Shown here piece by piece: positions 1-9,656 of a stretch of DNA of 64,000 nucleotides. Positions within the stretch are counted from its first letter, which is position 1, and the number at the start of each line of letters is the position of its first letter. Position numbers and translations under genes: made by a program. Source of the DNA: Cyanobacteria bacterium P01_D01_bin.156 (GTDB taxonomy: Bacteria; Cyanobacteriota; Cyanobacteriia; Phormidesmidales; Phormidesmidaceae); NCBI GenBank assembly GCA_039024555.1, contig JBCCQQ010000005.1, forward strand, positions 64,001 through 128,000, given 5' to 3'. The notes under the pieces are model-generated. The model worked only from the letters and a program-made list of their open reading frames with translations, did no database searches and was not told where the DNA came from.

Positions 1-172
1 ACCGGTACGAAAATCATTACTAGAAATCATTGTGCTGGCAAACAGTAGGGTGATAGTCAGCGGTTAACAGTCGGCCATTATTGTACAGCTCAGTGGCCAT
101 TTATATCTGAGACGCCCCGCACTATGGCAAGATCGTAAAGGTATATTTTGCCGTTGTCGTTAGTCACCAGCT

Positions 173-1312
173 ATGGCTCGTTTTCAATCCAGGTTTTTCA
201 ATGCCTTTTTGAGTTGTTTGGGCGTCAGTCTCAGCATTTTTCTCACCATGGGTTGGTTCTTTGTACCTGCGGCTCAAGCAGTTTCCATAACCAGCACTGT
301 CCTACCTTTAGCCTATTTGCCCCCTGGAGATGCAATCACTGACCCCCAGGCTCTACTACGCTATTCCCTGCCCATTGATAGCCCGGAAATTCGTAAGGTA
401 CAGGACACCTTGGAAGGACTCAACTATGCATTGCGTACAAAGCAATGGGGACGGGCCAACCGGGAAATTACCAGAACTACTAAATTTTTTAATCGAAAAA
501 AGCCAGCGATTTTAGAGGCCGTGATCCAAAACCAGCGGGAAGCGGCTGAACCGTTAATGGCTCAAATCGTCGCTCAGTTGGAAACGCTACAAACCGCAGC
601 TAAGTCTAAAGATCTAGAAACCCTATGGTCTACACGCCGTTCTGTACTGGGCACCATTGGTGATTTAGAATTTCTAATGCTAAAGGAATTTCCCTATGAC
701 GTTCCTGAGGATTATGACAACTTACCTCAGTTGAAGGGGAGAGCCACGATTGAAATTAAAACTAATCAGGGGCCAGTGACTGTAGTTGTGGATGGCTACA
801 GTGCACCCGTTACAGCAGGTAATTTTGTCGATTTAGTTAACCGTGGTTTTTATGACGGTATGACCTTTGACCGGGCTGAAGAAAACTATGTGCTGCAAAC
901 AGGCGATCCAGATGGTCCTGAAACAGGGTTTATCGATCCCAAAACCAATCTATATCGGGCAATTCCGTTAGAAATTTTGGTAGAGGGAGATAGTGCACCT
1001 ACCTATGGTGCCACCCTGGAGGAACTCGGGCGCTTTCTGGAAAAACCGGTCCTTCCCTTCAACTCTTTTGGTGCTCTTGCCCTAGCACGTCCCGAATCGG
1101 ATCCAGATGGGGGATCTTCTCAGATATTTTTCTTTCTGTTTGAGCCTGAATTAACCCCAGCTGGACTTAACTTACTGGATGGTCGCTACGCCGTGTTTGG
1201 GTACACCATTGATGGCAAGGATGCTTTAGATGTTATGGGGCGTCAGGGCGGCAAAATTATCTCTGCCAAGGTCATTGATGGTTTGGAAAACTTTGTCGAG
1301 CCCAAAGTTTAA
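173..1312 (+). CDS. Cyclophilin-type peptidyl-prolyl cis-trans isomerase, TLP40/CYP38-like
   Basis: N-terminal signal, helical-bundle region (AITDPQALLRYSLPID), C-terminal cyclophilin motifs DGYSAPVTAGNFVDLV, QTGDP, SSQIFF, LDGRYAVFGY. Confidence 0.92.
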   Translation: MARFQSRFFNAFLSCLGVSLSIFLTMGWFFVPAAQAVSITSTVLPLAYLPPGDAITDPQALLRYSLPIDSPEIRKVQDTLEGLNYALRTKQWGRANREITRTTKFFNRKKPAILEAVIQNQREAAEPLMAQIVAQLETLQTAAKSKDLETLWSTRRSVLGTIGDLEFLMLKEFPYDVPEDYDNLPQLKGRATIEIKTNQGPVTVVVDGYSAPVTAGNFVDLVNRGFYDGMTFDRAEENYVLQTGDPDGPETGFIDPKTNLYRAIPLEILVEGDSAPTYGATLEELGRFLEKPVLPFNSFGALALARPESDPDGGSSQIFFFLFEPELTPAGLNLLDGRYAVFGYTIDGKDALDVMGRQGGKIISAKVIDGLENFVEPKV

Positions 1313-1327
1313 GCAAATCAGTGGGAT

Positions 1328-2314
1328 GTGCAGACTGTGACCACCATTGCTGATCTTGGTGAACAGAAGGTGCTGGAGCGGCTGCGGCAATTTTGTTCCC
1401 AGGTTGTCGGGGATGATGGTGCAGTGTACCCGCTCCCTGCCGATAAACAGCTGGTGGTAACTACTGATGTACTGGTTGACGGGGTGCATTTTAGCGATCG
1501 CACCCTGCCGCCTGTGGAGTTAGGTTGGCGGGCAGCAGCGGTCAATCTTTCAGACCTAGCCGCTATGGGGGCGATGCCCATAGGAATCACGGTTGGCTTA
1601 ACCCTGCCGCCCGATACTCCCTGGCCCTGGCTAGAGGGGGTATATCAAGGATTGTCTGCTTGTTTGGGAAACTATGGCGGTGCCGTCATTGGGGGAGATT
1701 TATGCCGCGGTCCCCATCGCAGTTTAGCGATTACGGCATTAGGCGCAGTCAATAGGCAGCAGGCACTCTATCGCTATGGAGCTGAGGTGGGTCAGACCCT
1801 TATTAGCACCGGAGCACACGGTGCGTCGCGGGCTGGGTTAGCCATGTTATTAGGGGAACTAGACTATACGCACAACAATGGCAAGTCATGGATTCTTGCC
1901 CATCAGCGTCCTCAACCTCGCTTTGATGCCATGGACGTCTTACGTAGTTTATGCCCTATGGCTAGTCGCATTGCGGCAATGGATACCAGCGATGGCCTGG
2001 CCGATGCAGTGATTCAAATCTGTTCCCAAAGCCAGGTAGGGGGAACCCTATTGAGATCGCAATTACCCCTTCCTGCGGGGTTGGTGGATACGGTGGGAGT
2101 AACGACCGCCACCCAGTGGACTCTCTACGGTGGCGAAGATTTTGAATTGGTACTTAGTCTACCCGATCGCTTAGCTAAAGCATTTGTAGAAGAGCTCCCC
2201 GGTAGCTGTGTCATCGGCTTTACAACGGAGGAGCCGATTGTACGTCTGGTGGATGATGTCACCCACGGCCCGGATCTGCTTCTAGAGCAAACCCAGGGAT
2301 TTCAACACTTTTGA
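1328..2314 (+). CDS. thiL: Thiamine-monophosphate kinase
   Basis: VGDDGA, TTDVLVDGVHF, NLSDLAAMGA, GGDL, MDTSDGL, GGEDFELV motifs. Confidence 0.95.
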   Translation: MQTVTTIADLGEQKVLERLRQFCSQVVGDDGAVYPLPADKQLVVTTDVLVDGVHFSDRTLPPVELGWRAAAVNLSDLAAMGAMPIGITVGLTLPPDTPWPWLEGVYQGLSACLGNYGGAVIGGDLCRGPHRSLAITALGAVNRQQALYRYGAEVGQTLISTGAHGASRAGLAMLLGELDYTHNNGKSWILAHQRPQPRFDAMDVLRSLCPMASRIAAMDTSDGLADAVIQICSQSQVGGTLLRSQLPLPAGLVDTVGVTTATQWTLYGGEDFELVLSLPDRLAKAFVEELPGSCVIGFTTEEPIVRLVDDVTHGPDLLLEQTQGFQHF

Positions 2315-2347
2315 GGTTCAACCCAAAGTTTCTGCCCCTCCAGAGGT

Positions 2348-3313
2348 TCAATAGATTTTCCAAACCTTCATGGCATAGCCAAACTCGCACTCGTCCGGAT
2401 GCAAAATCTCAGCCAGAATTTCTAAAGAGTCCACCAGTCGGGGGCCGGGGCGATTAAAAAATTGATTACCGTCCACTAAAAATACCCGGCCTTCCCGCAC
2501 GGCTTTGAGGGCCTGCCAGGGAGGTGAGGTCATCAGCTGATCTACAGCCTGACGACTTTGGTGAAGGTCGTAGCCACAGGGCATTATCACCAGCATGTCT
2601 GGTTCTGCTGCGATTAAATCTTCCCAAGGTAGCCAGGGCGAATGCCGACCCACATGGCCAAAGAGGGGATGCCCCCCAGCCATAGATACAAGTTCAGGCA
2701 CCCAGTTACCGGCCCCCATCAGCGGATTGGTCCACTCTATACAGGCTACGGTGGGCTGGGGTAAGGTGTCTGGAACTTTTTGTAAACAGTTTTGCAATCG
2801 CTGCTGCAGCTGGGTGATGGTCAGATCTGCGATCGCATCTCCATTCACTGGATCCAAGCTAACAGAAACCTGACGCAGGTCATCCCACAGATCGGCTAAT
2901 ACCTGAGGCTGTAAAGAAATCACCGTAGGTGGAAACTCAAATATCTGATCCACAGCCTTTTGAACATCAGCCAAACTGGCGGCACACACCTCACATTGAG
3001 CTTGGGTCAAAATATGGGTGGGACGCAGTTCCCGCAGCTGGTCCACATCGATTTCATAGACGCTTAGCCCCCGCTGCAGCAGTTCAGTAACCCGATCATG
3101 AATTTCTCGACTTTGACCTTCAGGATCAAAACTGGGCGCTGTACACACAGGCAGTGCCTGCACACTTGCCGGAAAATCACAGGAATGGGAGCGACCCACC
3201 AGAGCTTCACCAAATCCAAGTTGGATAACAATTTCAGTCGCGCTGGGGATTAAAGAAACAATTCGAAGCTCAGACATAGCAGCGCTGATGGGGCAGTGTA
3301 AGGGGTGAGGCAA
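2348..3313 (-). CDS. Cobalamin/siderophore-type ABC substrate-binding protein (BtuF-like)
   Basis: RIVSLIPSATEI, VGRSHSCDFP, FNRPGPRLVDSLEILA; true start probably the ATG of MSELRIVS. Confidence 0.85.
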   Translation of the reverse strand: MPHPLHCPISAAMSELRIVSLIPSATEIVIQLGFGEALVGRSHSCDFPASVQALPVCTAPSFDPEGQSREIHDRVTELLQRGLSVYEIDVDQLRELRPTHILTQAQCEVCAASLADVQKAVDQIFEFPPTVISLQPQVLADLWDDLRQVSVSLDPVNGDAIADLTITQLQQRLQNCLQKVPDTLPQPTVACIEWTNPLMGAGNWVPELVSMAGGHPLFGHVGRHSPWLPWEDLIAAEPDMLVIMPCGYDLHQSRQAVDQLMTSPPWQALKAVREGRVFLVDGNQFFNRPGPRLVDSLEILAEILHPDECEFGYAMKVWKIY

Positions 3314-3399
3314 AATCCCGTTTCAAGGGTATCCCAGCTTTACCTGGGCCATTGTTACAGGCGTGTGAGGTTTCTGTAGATTTTTATGATTGTGCCCCA

Positions 3400-4323
3400 C
3401 TAACGAGGACGAAATTCCACTGAATTTGCCTGTAGAATCACATCGTAATTTTTATAAACATCATTGCCCAAAAGACCAATGGGAACTGCATCCCCAATGC
3501 TGACAGGCAGGTTAGAGCGCTGGATACCGCCTACTTGAATTGACGTTACATAGCCTACATCCACTAGGGCTTGGCTGCTACTGGCCGTTGCCACCGATGT
3601 TTGTCCTAGCACCTGGATACCCAGTTCATTGGCCATGGTACGGGGCAAATGGGTATGACTGGCACCGGTATCTAAGATCATGGGATAGGGGTTGCCATTG
3701 AAGGTCACCTCGATAACCGGAGTCCCTCCTCGGCGTTCAATAATCGGCACAACGGTATTGCCACTCACCGTGGCCAATGTCGACGGCGATGGGGTTGCTG
3801 CTAGGGCTGAATTCTGAGCTACAGGAATTTCCGATGGCGGTTGCTGCAGTATGGCTAGGCGTTGTTGAGCCTGGGCTAAATTTTGCCCATAGTTCTCAAG
3901 CTTGGTCTGAGCTAACGTATAGTCAGCATCCTCTAGGGTTACCTGCTCAAGTTTTTCTATGGCTTGCTCCCAACGGCCCACAATTAAGGACCAATCGTCT
4001 AAGGATGTTGCCTGATTCCCCAGAATTATGGCCCCTGACGCTAGATTGACAGCATCCTGATAAGCGGTGGATTTTGCAACCGGCGCGGGTGTTGATGCAG
4101 CTGGCTCTGGAGTGGCGATTTCTGGGGTGACGGCTGGAACGACTAAAGCATTGGCTTCGGACGAATTATTTGGACCTGAGTCCTTGGGCAACTGCTGAGT
4201 TGCCGACTCGGCCTGACAAGCTACGAGCACACTCAGACACAGAATTTGAATAAATTTCAAATGTTTTTTTTCAACCATGGTCCAAATGTTACCTATGACC
4301 TCTAGGATGGTACCGGTCCCCAT
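3400..4323 (-). CDS. Lipoprotein with C-terminal retropepsin-like aspartic protease domain
   Basis: Lipobox LVAC; ILDTGAS catalytic motif and GLLGND at the C-terminus. Confidence 0.85.
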   Translation of the reverse strand: MGTGTILEVIGNIWTMVEKKHLKFIQILCLSVLVACQAESATQQLPKDSGPNNSSEANALVVPAVTPEIATPEPAASTPAPVAKSTAYQDAVNLASGAIILGNQATSLDDWSLIVGRWEQAIEKLEQVTLEDADYTLAQTKLENYGQNLAQAQQRLAILQQPPSEIPVAQNSALAATPSPSTLATVSGNTVVPIIERRGGTPVIEVTFNGNPYPMILDTGASHTHLPRTMANELGIQVLGQTSVATASSSQALVDVGYVTSIQVGGIQRSNLPVSIGDAVPIGLLGNDVYKNYDVILQANSVEFRPR

Positions 4324-4471
4324 AAATGAAATGGGCGTTGCTAATTGGGGCAGTAGTCTTCAGAATTCATGCTACCGAGCTTTTCAGTAGATCGTGTCCT
4401 TGATAAATCAGCAACGGTAAAGTTCCGCACTTTTTATTGGGTTATGTTCCCTGGTTTATTTGTTGTAGCTT

Positions 4472-5635
4472 ATGTCTATTTTTTCCACTAGTTCCCAACC
4501 GGCACTACTGGTGTTAGCCGATGGGTCTGTTTTTCGTGGCTGGTCTTTTGGAGCCAAGAGCACTGTGGTGGGTGAAATTGTGTTTAACACTGGCATGACG
4601 GGCTACCAGGAAGTGTTAACCGATCCTAGCTATCGTGGTCAAATTGTGACATTTACCTACCCTGAACTGGGGAATACGGGGGTTAATACTGAGGATGAGG
4701 AGTCGGCCGCCCCCCAAGTAAATGGAGCGATCGCAAAAAATATTTGTGAACGGCCCAGCAACTGGCGCTCTACCCAACCGTTGCCGGACTATCTAAAACA
4801 GCACAATATTCCAGGAATATATGGAATTGATACCCGCGCCTTGACCCGCAAACTACGGACAGTGGGTGCCATGAACGGGGCTATTTCCAGTGACATTCTG
4901 GACCCCGCTCAGCTGCTGCAACAGCTGCAACAGCTGCCCAGCATGGAAGGCCTCAACCTAGTGCAGGAGGTCAGTACGCCAAAGTCCTACGAATGGACTG
5001 AGGCAACCGTCCCTAACTGGGAGTTTGCCGATATGGCTGCTAATCAAAACGATCAGCCTCTAACGGTGGTAGCTATCGACTTCGGCGTCAAGCGCAACAT
5101 CTTAAGACGCCTAGCCAGCTATGGTTGTCGCGTCATTGTAGTGCCCGTAAACACTCCCCCCGAAGAGATTCTGCAACACCAACCCGATGGTATTTTTCTC
5201 TCCAATGGTCCCGGCGATCCGGCGGCGGTTGAATCAGCCCCAGAACTGGTCAAAGCGCTCCTGGAAAATCAGCTACCCACCTTTGGTATCTGTATGGGGC
5301 ATCAAATTTTAGGATTATCCCTTGGGGCTAAAACCTTCAAGCTCAAGTTTGGGCATCGTGGACTTAATCAACCCTGCGGCCTAACTCGACAGGTAGAAAT
5401 TACCAGTCAAAATCATGGCTTTGCCATCGACGCTGATACAATTCCTTCTACAGATGTTGAGGTCACTCATTTCAACCTGAACGATCGCACCGTTGCTGGA
5501 CTCCAGCACAAAACTCTGCCTATTTTTTCAGTGCAGTATCATCCAGAGGCTAGCCCTGGCCCCCATGATGCAGACTACTTGTTTGCAAAGTTTGTAGGTC
5601 TGATGCATGATCATCGGACTTCGCGAGTTGGGTAA
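4472..5635 (+). CDS. carA: Carbamoyl-phosphate synthase small subunit
   Basis: [39 protein letters not shown]. Confidence 0.98.
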   Translation: MSIFSTSSQPALLVLADGSVFRGWSFGAKSTVVGEIVFNTGMTGYQEVLTDPSYRGQIVTFTYPELGNTGVNTEDEESAAPQVNGAIAKNICERPSNWRSTQPLPDYLKQHNIPGIYGIDTRALTRKLRTVGAMNGAISSDILDPAQLLQQLQQLPSMEGLNLVQEVSTPKSYEWTEATVPNWEFADMAANQNDQPLTVVAIDFGVKRNILRRLASYGCRVIVVPVNTPPEEILQHQPDGIFLSNGPGDPAAVESAPELVKALLENQLPTFGICMGHQILGLSLGAKTFKLKFGHRGLNQPCGLTRQVEITSQNHGFAIDADTIPSTDVEVTHFNLNDRTVAGLQHKTLPIFSVQYHPEASPGPHDADYLFAKFVGLMHDHRTSRVG

Positions 5636-5805
5636 TCTAGGGCTCCATCAGCTTTAAAGACGCTGTTGGGAAGTCTCATATGAGACTGAATTTTAGCTCC
5701 AGGAAAACCCATTTACGTTTCGCTCATTTTTCTTGCGGTCAGCGGGATCCTGACCTAAAATTAAACGTCCGATTTTGCCGTATTTATGACCGTTAGGAGG
5801 TTATT

Positions 5806-6177
5806 ATCGCTGAATCACTGACCCTAACCGTAAGTTTAAGAGGCACCCGTGATGTTAGGGGAAAATGCCAAGTCTTTCGCCTCACCGGGCTTTTAGATGC
5901 GTTTTCAGAACCTACCTTTAAAAAGGTCCTGAATCGCTATATCGAAGAAGGCCCAACTCACATTATTCTCGACCTGTCCGCTATTGATTTTGTCGATAGC
6001 TCTGGACTCGGTGCACTGGTCCAACTGGTGAAGAAGGCCAAGGGGGAGAGTGGTAGTGTACAGGTTGTTACCAATGCTCGGGTTACCCAAACTGTAAAGT
6101 TGGTTCGCCTAGAAAAGTTTCTTTCATTACAGCCTTCCGTTGAAATTGCCCTTGAGAATCTCAACAAGGATTCTTAG
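5806..6177 (+). CDS. STAS-domain anti-sigma-factor antagonist, absent from the ORF track; non-canonical ATC/ATT start
   Basis: My translation: (I)AESLTLTVSLRGTRDVRGKCQVFRLTGLLDAFSEPTF...IILDLSAIDFVDSSGLGALV...VKLVRLEKFLSLQPSVEIALENLNKDS*. AGGAGG at 5795-5800; in-frame TAG at 5794-5796; no early ATG/GTG/TTG. Confidence 0.9.
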   Translation: MAESLTLTVSLRGTRDVRGKCQVFRLTGLLDAFSEPTFKKVLNRYIEEGPTHIILDLSAIDFVDSSGLGALVQLVKKAKGESGSVQVVTNARVTQTVKLVRLEKFLSLQPSVEIALENLNKDS

Positions 6178-6245
6178 GTGGCTATGTACAGCCCAGGGAA
6201 TGTAGAGTTCAGTGGGGTAAGTAGGCACATGTTGCCTAGGAATCC

Positions 6246-6695
6246 ATGATGGACGGTTGCGACCAAGCTGGCATTTCAGCTGACCTATCCGACCTTGCCT
6301 ATTTTGGGGTGACTGTTCCGTGTGTTCAATCACTTTCGCCAGTATCCTTGGCCTACATAGGGGATGCTGTATTTGAGCTTTATGTCCGGATGCATCTTCT
6401 CTGGCCGCCCCAGCGAATCCAGCAATTCCATCAGCAGGTGGTAAGTCGCGTTAAAGCAGAACAACAAGCTAGTTACCTAGCCCAACTACTCCCCCATCTC
6501 AACGATGCAGAAGCAGATGTGGTACGTCGAGGGCGAAATGGCAGTTCTAAAGCGCCTAAGCGCCTATCAACCAAAATTTATCGACAAGCAACGGCGTTTG
6601 AAACCTTGATTGGCTACCTCTACATTACCAATCAGGAACGTCTGTGGCAGCTGTTGAAAGAGTTAAGGGTTTCTGCAACACCTGAATTCAGCTGA
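6246..6695 (+). CDS. mrnC: Mini-ribonuclease III
   Basis: LAYIGDAVFEL, RRGRN, YRQATAFETLIGYLY; start may be downstream of the ORF-track start. Confidence 0.93.
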   Translation: MMDGCDQAGISADLSDLAYFGVTVPCVQSLSPVSLAYIGDAVFELYVRMHLLWPPQRIQQFHQQVVSRVKAEQQASYLAQLLPHLNDAEADVVRRGRNGSSKAPKRLSTKIYRQATAFETLIGYLYITNQERLWQLLKELRVSATPEFS

Positions 6696-6742
6696 AATCT
6701 CAGTGAAGCGGTATGATGTGACTCCGCTTCTACTCCAAAGTC

Positions 6743-7723
6743 ATGGTTAAACCCGCCGACAACCGTCCTCGTCCAGATAGGGGAAAGTCTCGCCCGTCTC
6801 GTAAAGGGAAGCCAAAACTATCATCGAGAAAGCCATTTAAGAAACGTCGTCCCGCTCCCACTTCTCAGGAGTCTGCTAGACCGGCTCGACCTAGCCAGGC
6901 TCAACCCCTTGACCGGGAAGCTACTCTTCAGGAAGAGCGTCCAGATTTGGTCTACGGTCGTCATTCTGTCGAAGCTGCGATCGCAAATCAGCGACCTATC
7001 AATAAGCTTTGGGTTAACTCACGGCTGGTCTTTGATGGTCGATTTCGCCCACTCATTTTGGATGCAAAGGCAAATGGAGCCGTTGTTGACGAAGTTAACA
7101 CCCAGCGGCTCAATCAACTTACCCAGGGAGCTAATCACCAGGGAATTGTGGCCCAAATTGCCTCCCACAACTACATCGAACTAGCTGACTTAATTACCGA
7201 TGCTAAAGCCGCTTGCCGCCACCCGGTAATTGTTGCTGCCGATAGTATTACCGATCCCCATAATTTAGGGGCCATCATCCGCACCGCCGAAGCTTTAGGA
7301 GCCCAGGGAGTCGTCATTCCTCAACGACGTGCCGTGGGGATTACCCCAACGGTGGCTAAAGTCGCGGCCGGAGCCTTAGAAACATTACCAGTAGCACGGG
7401 TCGTTAACTTAGGTCGGGCTTTAGAACAACTTAAAAAAGACGGGTTCTGGGTATATGGAACAGCCTCGGATGCAACTCAAACCGCCCACGCCACCAAATT
7501 TGATCGCCCCATTGTCTTAGCCATTGGTGCAGAAGGGAACGGTCTTAGCCTATCGATCCAAAATCTTTGTGATGTTCTAATATCGATTCCCCTAGCCGGG
7601 AAAACCCCTAGTTTGAATGCATCCGTTGCTACTGGTATGGTCCTGTATGAGATTTATCGGCAGCGTTGGCTTGAAAAATTACCTACAATTAAGCTTGGCG
7701 GGGATCAAAATCACACTGTATAA
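6743..7723 (+). CDS. rlmB: 23S rRNA (G2251-2'-O)-methyltransferase
   Basis: [41 protein letters not shown] (SpoU motifs); basic N-terminal tail. Confidence 0.95.
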   Translation: MVKPADNRPRPDRGKSRPSRKGKPKLSSRKPFKKRRPAPTSQESARPARPSQAQPLDREATLQEERPDLVYGRHSVEAAIANQRPINKLWVNSRLVFDGRFRPLILDAKANGAVVDEVNTQRLNQLTQGANHQGIVAQIASHNYIELADLITDAKAACRHPVIVAADSITDPHNLGAIIRTAEALGAQGVVIPQRRAVGITPTVAKVAAGALETLPVARVVNLGRALEQLKKDGFWVYGTASDATQTAHATKFDRPIVLAIGAEGNGLSLSIQNLCDVLISIPLAGKTPSLNASVATGMVLYEIYRQRWLEKLPTIKLGGDQNHTV

Positions 7724-7788
7724 ATGTTATATGCGCGGTTTGTTGGCTGCAAACACTGGTCTTTTAAAAAACAACAGGCTCACATTTT

Positions 7789-8058
7789 ATGAAAAACTTT
7801 TTGAGTAATCTTTTCGGCTCATTCTCCAAACCTTGGTGGGTTGAAATTTCCACTGCCCAGCCTCGCTGTCTTTACTACTTTGGTCCGTTTAATACCGAAG
7901 TTGAAGCATCCCAGTACCAAGCAGGATACATTGAAGATTTAGAGCAGGAAGGCGCTCAGCAGATTGATGTGAGTATCAAAAGCTGTGCTGCACCCGCTCA
8001 CCTAACCGTAATTTATACTGAACCTAGCAATGTCGGGTCACCAGTTTATCAAAACTAG
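7789..8058 (+). CDS. DUF1816 family protein
   Basis: WWVEIST..PRCLYYFGPF...GYIEDLEQEGA signature; usual position after rlmB in cyanobacteria. Confidence 0.88.
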   Translation: MKNFLSNLFGSFSKPWWVEISTAQPRCLYYFGPFNTEVEASQYQAGYIEDLEQEGAQQIDVSIKSCAAPAHLTVIYTEPSNVGSPVYQN

Positions 8059-8115
8059 TTGCTCACTGAGCTTTGAGCGACTCCTCTCAAGCGTCACCGT
8101 TCAATAGTTTTCACG

Positions 8116-8171
8116 TTTTTTAGCGGCAAAGGGTTCCTAGCTATTTCCAGGAACCCTTTGCCGCTAAAAAA
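8116..8171. terminator. Bidirectional intrinsic terminator (23-bp perfect arms)
   Basis: ttttttagcggcaaagggttcct-N10-aggaaccctttgccgctaaaaaa between convergent genes. Confidence 0.8.
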
Positions 8172-8374
8172 GTTTTTTGATTGTATCTAAAAAGACAACT
8201 AAAAGACTTTTTATAGGCCACTACTGACACAAACTAGGGCTTTATGTCAGTGACTGTCGGTCAGATGTATAGCAAACTACCAGACACATTCAACCGCGTG
8301 CTTTTCACATAACGGTTGCTACCTATGGCTTTTAGCGAGCGCTGATATTGTCAACTATGGGCTCTGAGCTATCT

Positions 8375-9190
8375 CTAGCGGCTTGCTATAAACCTATGTT
8401 TTTGGAGCCACTGGTTTATATCATCACAAAGCTGAGCACCAATCTCCCAGGGCATTAGATGAGCGACATCATCGTAGAGTTTCCAGTCACAGTTGGGTAA
8501 CCCTTCAGCGGTTTCTCGACTAGACTCTGGGGTAATGTGCACATCGTTAGCGGCCGCTAACATCAGACAGGGTTGCTGTATCCGATAGAGTTCACCTAAA
8601 CGGTTATAGCCCTGCTTTAGGGCTCTGTTTAGGGCACGATTTGCAAAAGCAGAAGTTCGTAAAAAAGCGGGTGTACCCTCTCGGGCAATGCGCGTGTAGG
8701 CCTGGGGGGTGTGTTGCGAGATCAAATACCGGAAGAGTGAACGCTTTCCTAGGGTTTGAATCATCCAAGGCCAGCCTGGAGCAATCCAGTTCAAAATACC
8801 TGCAACTCCGGTAAAAAGATTGTCCTGCCAAGAGATAACAGGATGACAGCCTGCAGGTCTAGCTGCCGTGCCAATCAAGATCATGCCGCGAATACGCTCG
8901 GGATATTTGAGGGCAAGTTCAATGGCTAAAATCCCTCCTAGGGACCAGCCTAAAACTATACAGGGCTGGTCCAAAGAGCACAAAATCTGATCTAGATCAT
9001 CCAGATGTTGTTCCATGGTAAATGGACCGGTTGATCGGCTATCGCCATAGCCTCGCAGGTCTGGAGCTAGGGTTTGAAAATTGCGGGACAGGGCATCGGT
9101 GAACACTGACATACAGAGGCCGGTCCCTGGATGACCATGAAGGCATAGAACGGGTATACCCTCACCCCGATACTCAATTGCTAGCTCCAT
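8375..9190 (-). CDS. Alpha/beta-fold hydrolase
   Basis: LHGHPG, APDLRGYG, GWSLGG nucleophile elbow, C-terminal His (VAHL). Confidence 0.9.
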   Translation of the reverse strand: MELAIEYRGEGIPVLCLHGHPGTGLCMSVFTDALSRNFQTLAPDLRGYGDSRSTGPFTMEQHLDDLDQILCSLDQPCIVLGWSLGGILAIELALKYPERIRGMILIGTAARPAGCHPVISWQDNLFTGVAGILNWIAPGWPWMIQTLGKRSLFRYLISQHTPQAYTRIAREGTPAFLRTSAFANRALNRALKQGYNRLGELYRIQQPCLMLAAANDVHITPESSRETAEGLPNCDWKLYDDVAHLMPWEIGAQLCDDINQWLQKHRFIASR

Positions 9191-9198
9191 GGGACCGT

Positions 9199-9603
9199 CT
9201 ACACGTCTTCCTTAGGAACAAAATCTAGGGATGCTGAGTTCATGCAGTAGCGTTGTCCCGTAGGCTGAGGACCGTCACCAAATACATGGCCTAAATGGGC
9301 ATCGCACACAGCACACAGGACCTCAGTACGAATCATAAAGTGGCTAAAGTCTCGCTTAGTAGCTACATTGTCATCCTGACTAGGCGCCCAAAAGCTAGGC
9401 CAGCCAGTGCCAGAGTCGTACTTGGTTTCTGAGGTAAAGAGTTCAGCACCACAGCAAATACAGTTATAGGTGCCGGCAGCTTTGTTGTCATGGTACTTAC
9501 CACTAAAGGCACGCTCAGTACCATGCTGACGGGTAACTTGATATTGCTCAGGGGTAAGCTGCGCTTGCCATTCTGTGTCTGTTTTTTGAATTTTTTCTAC
9601 CAT
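9199..9603 (-). CDS. msrB: Peptide-methionine (R)-S-oxide reductase
   Basis: [33 protein letters not shown]. Confidence 0.97.
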   Translation of the reverse strand: MVEKIQKTDTEWQAQLTPEQYQVTRQHGTERAFSGKYHDNKAAGTYNCICCGAELFTSETKYDSGTGWPSFWAPSQDDNVATKRDFSHFMIRTEVLCAVCDAHLGHVFGDGPQPTGQRYCMNSASLDFVPKEDV

Positions 9604-9656
9604 TGTCGTACTTCAGTCGTGGATTCAGAAGGTTAGTTACAGCTTCCTTAGTGATC

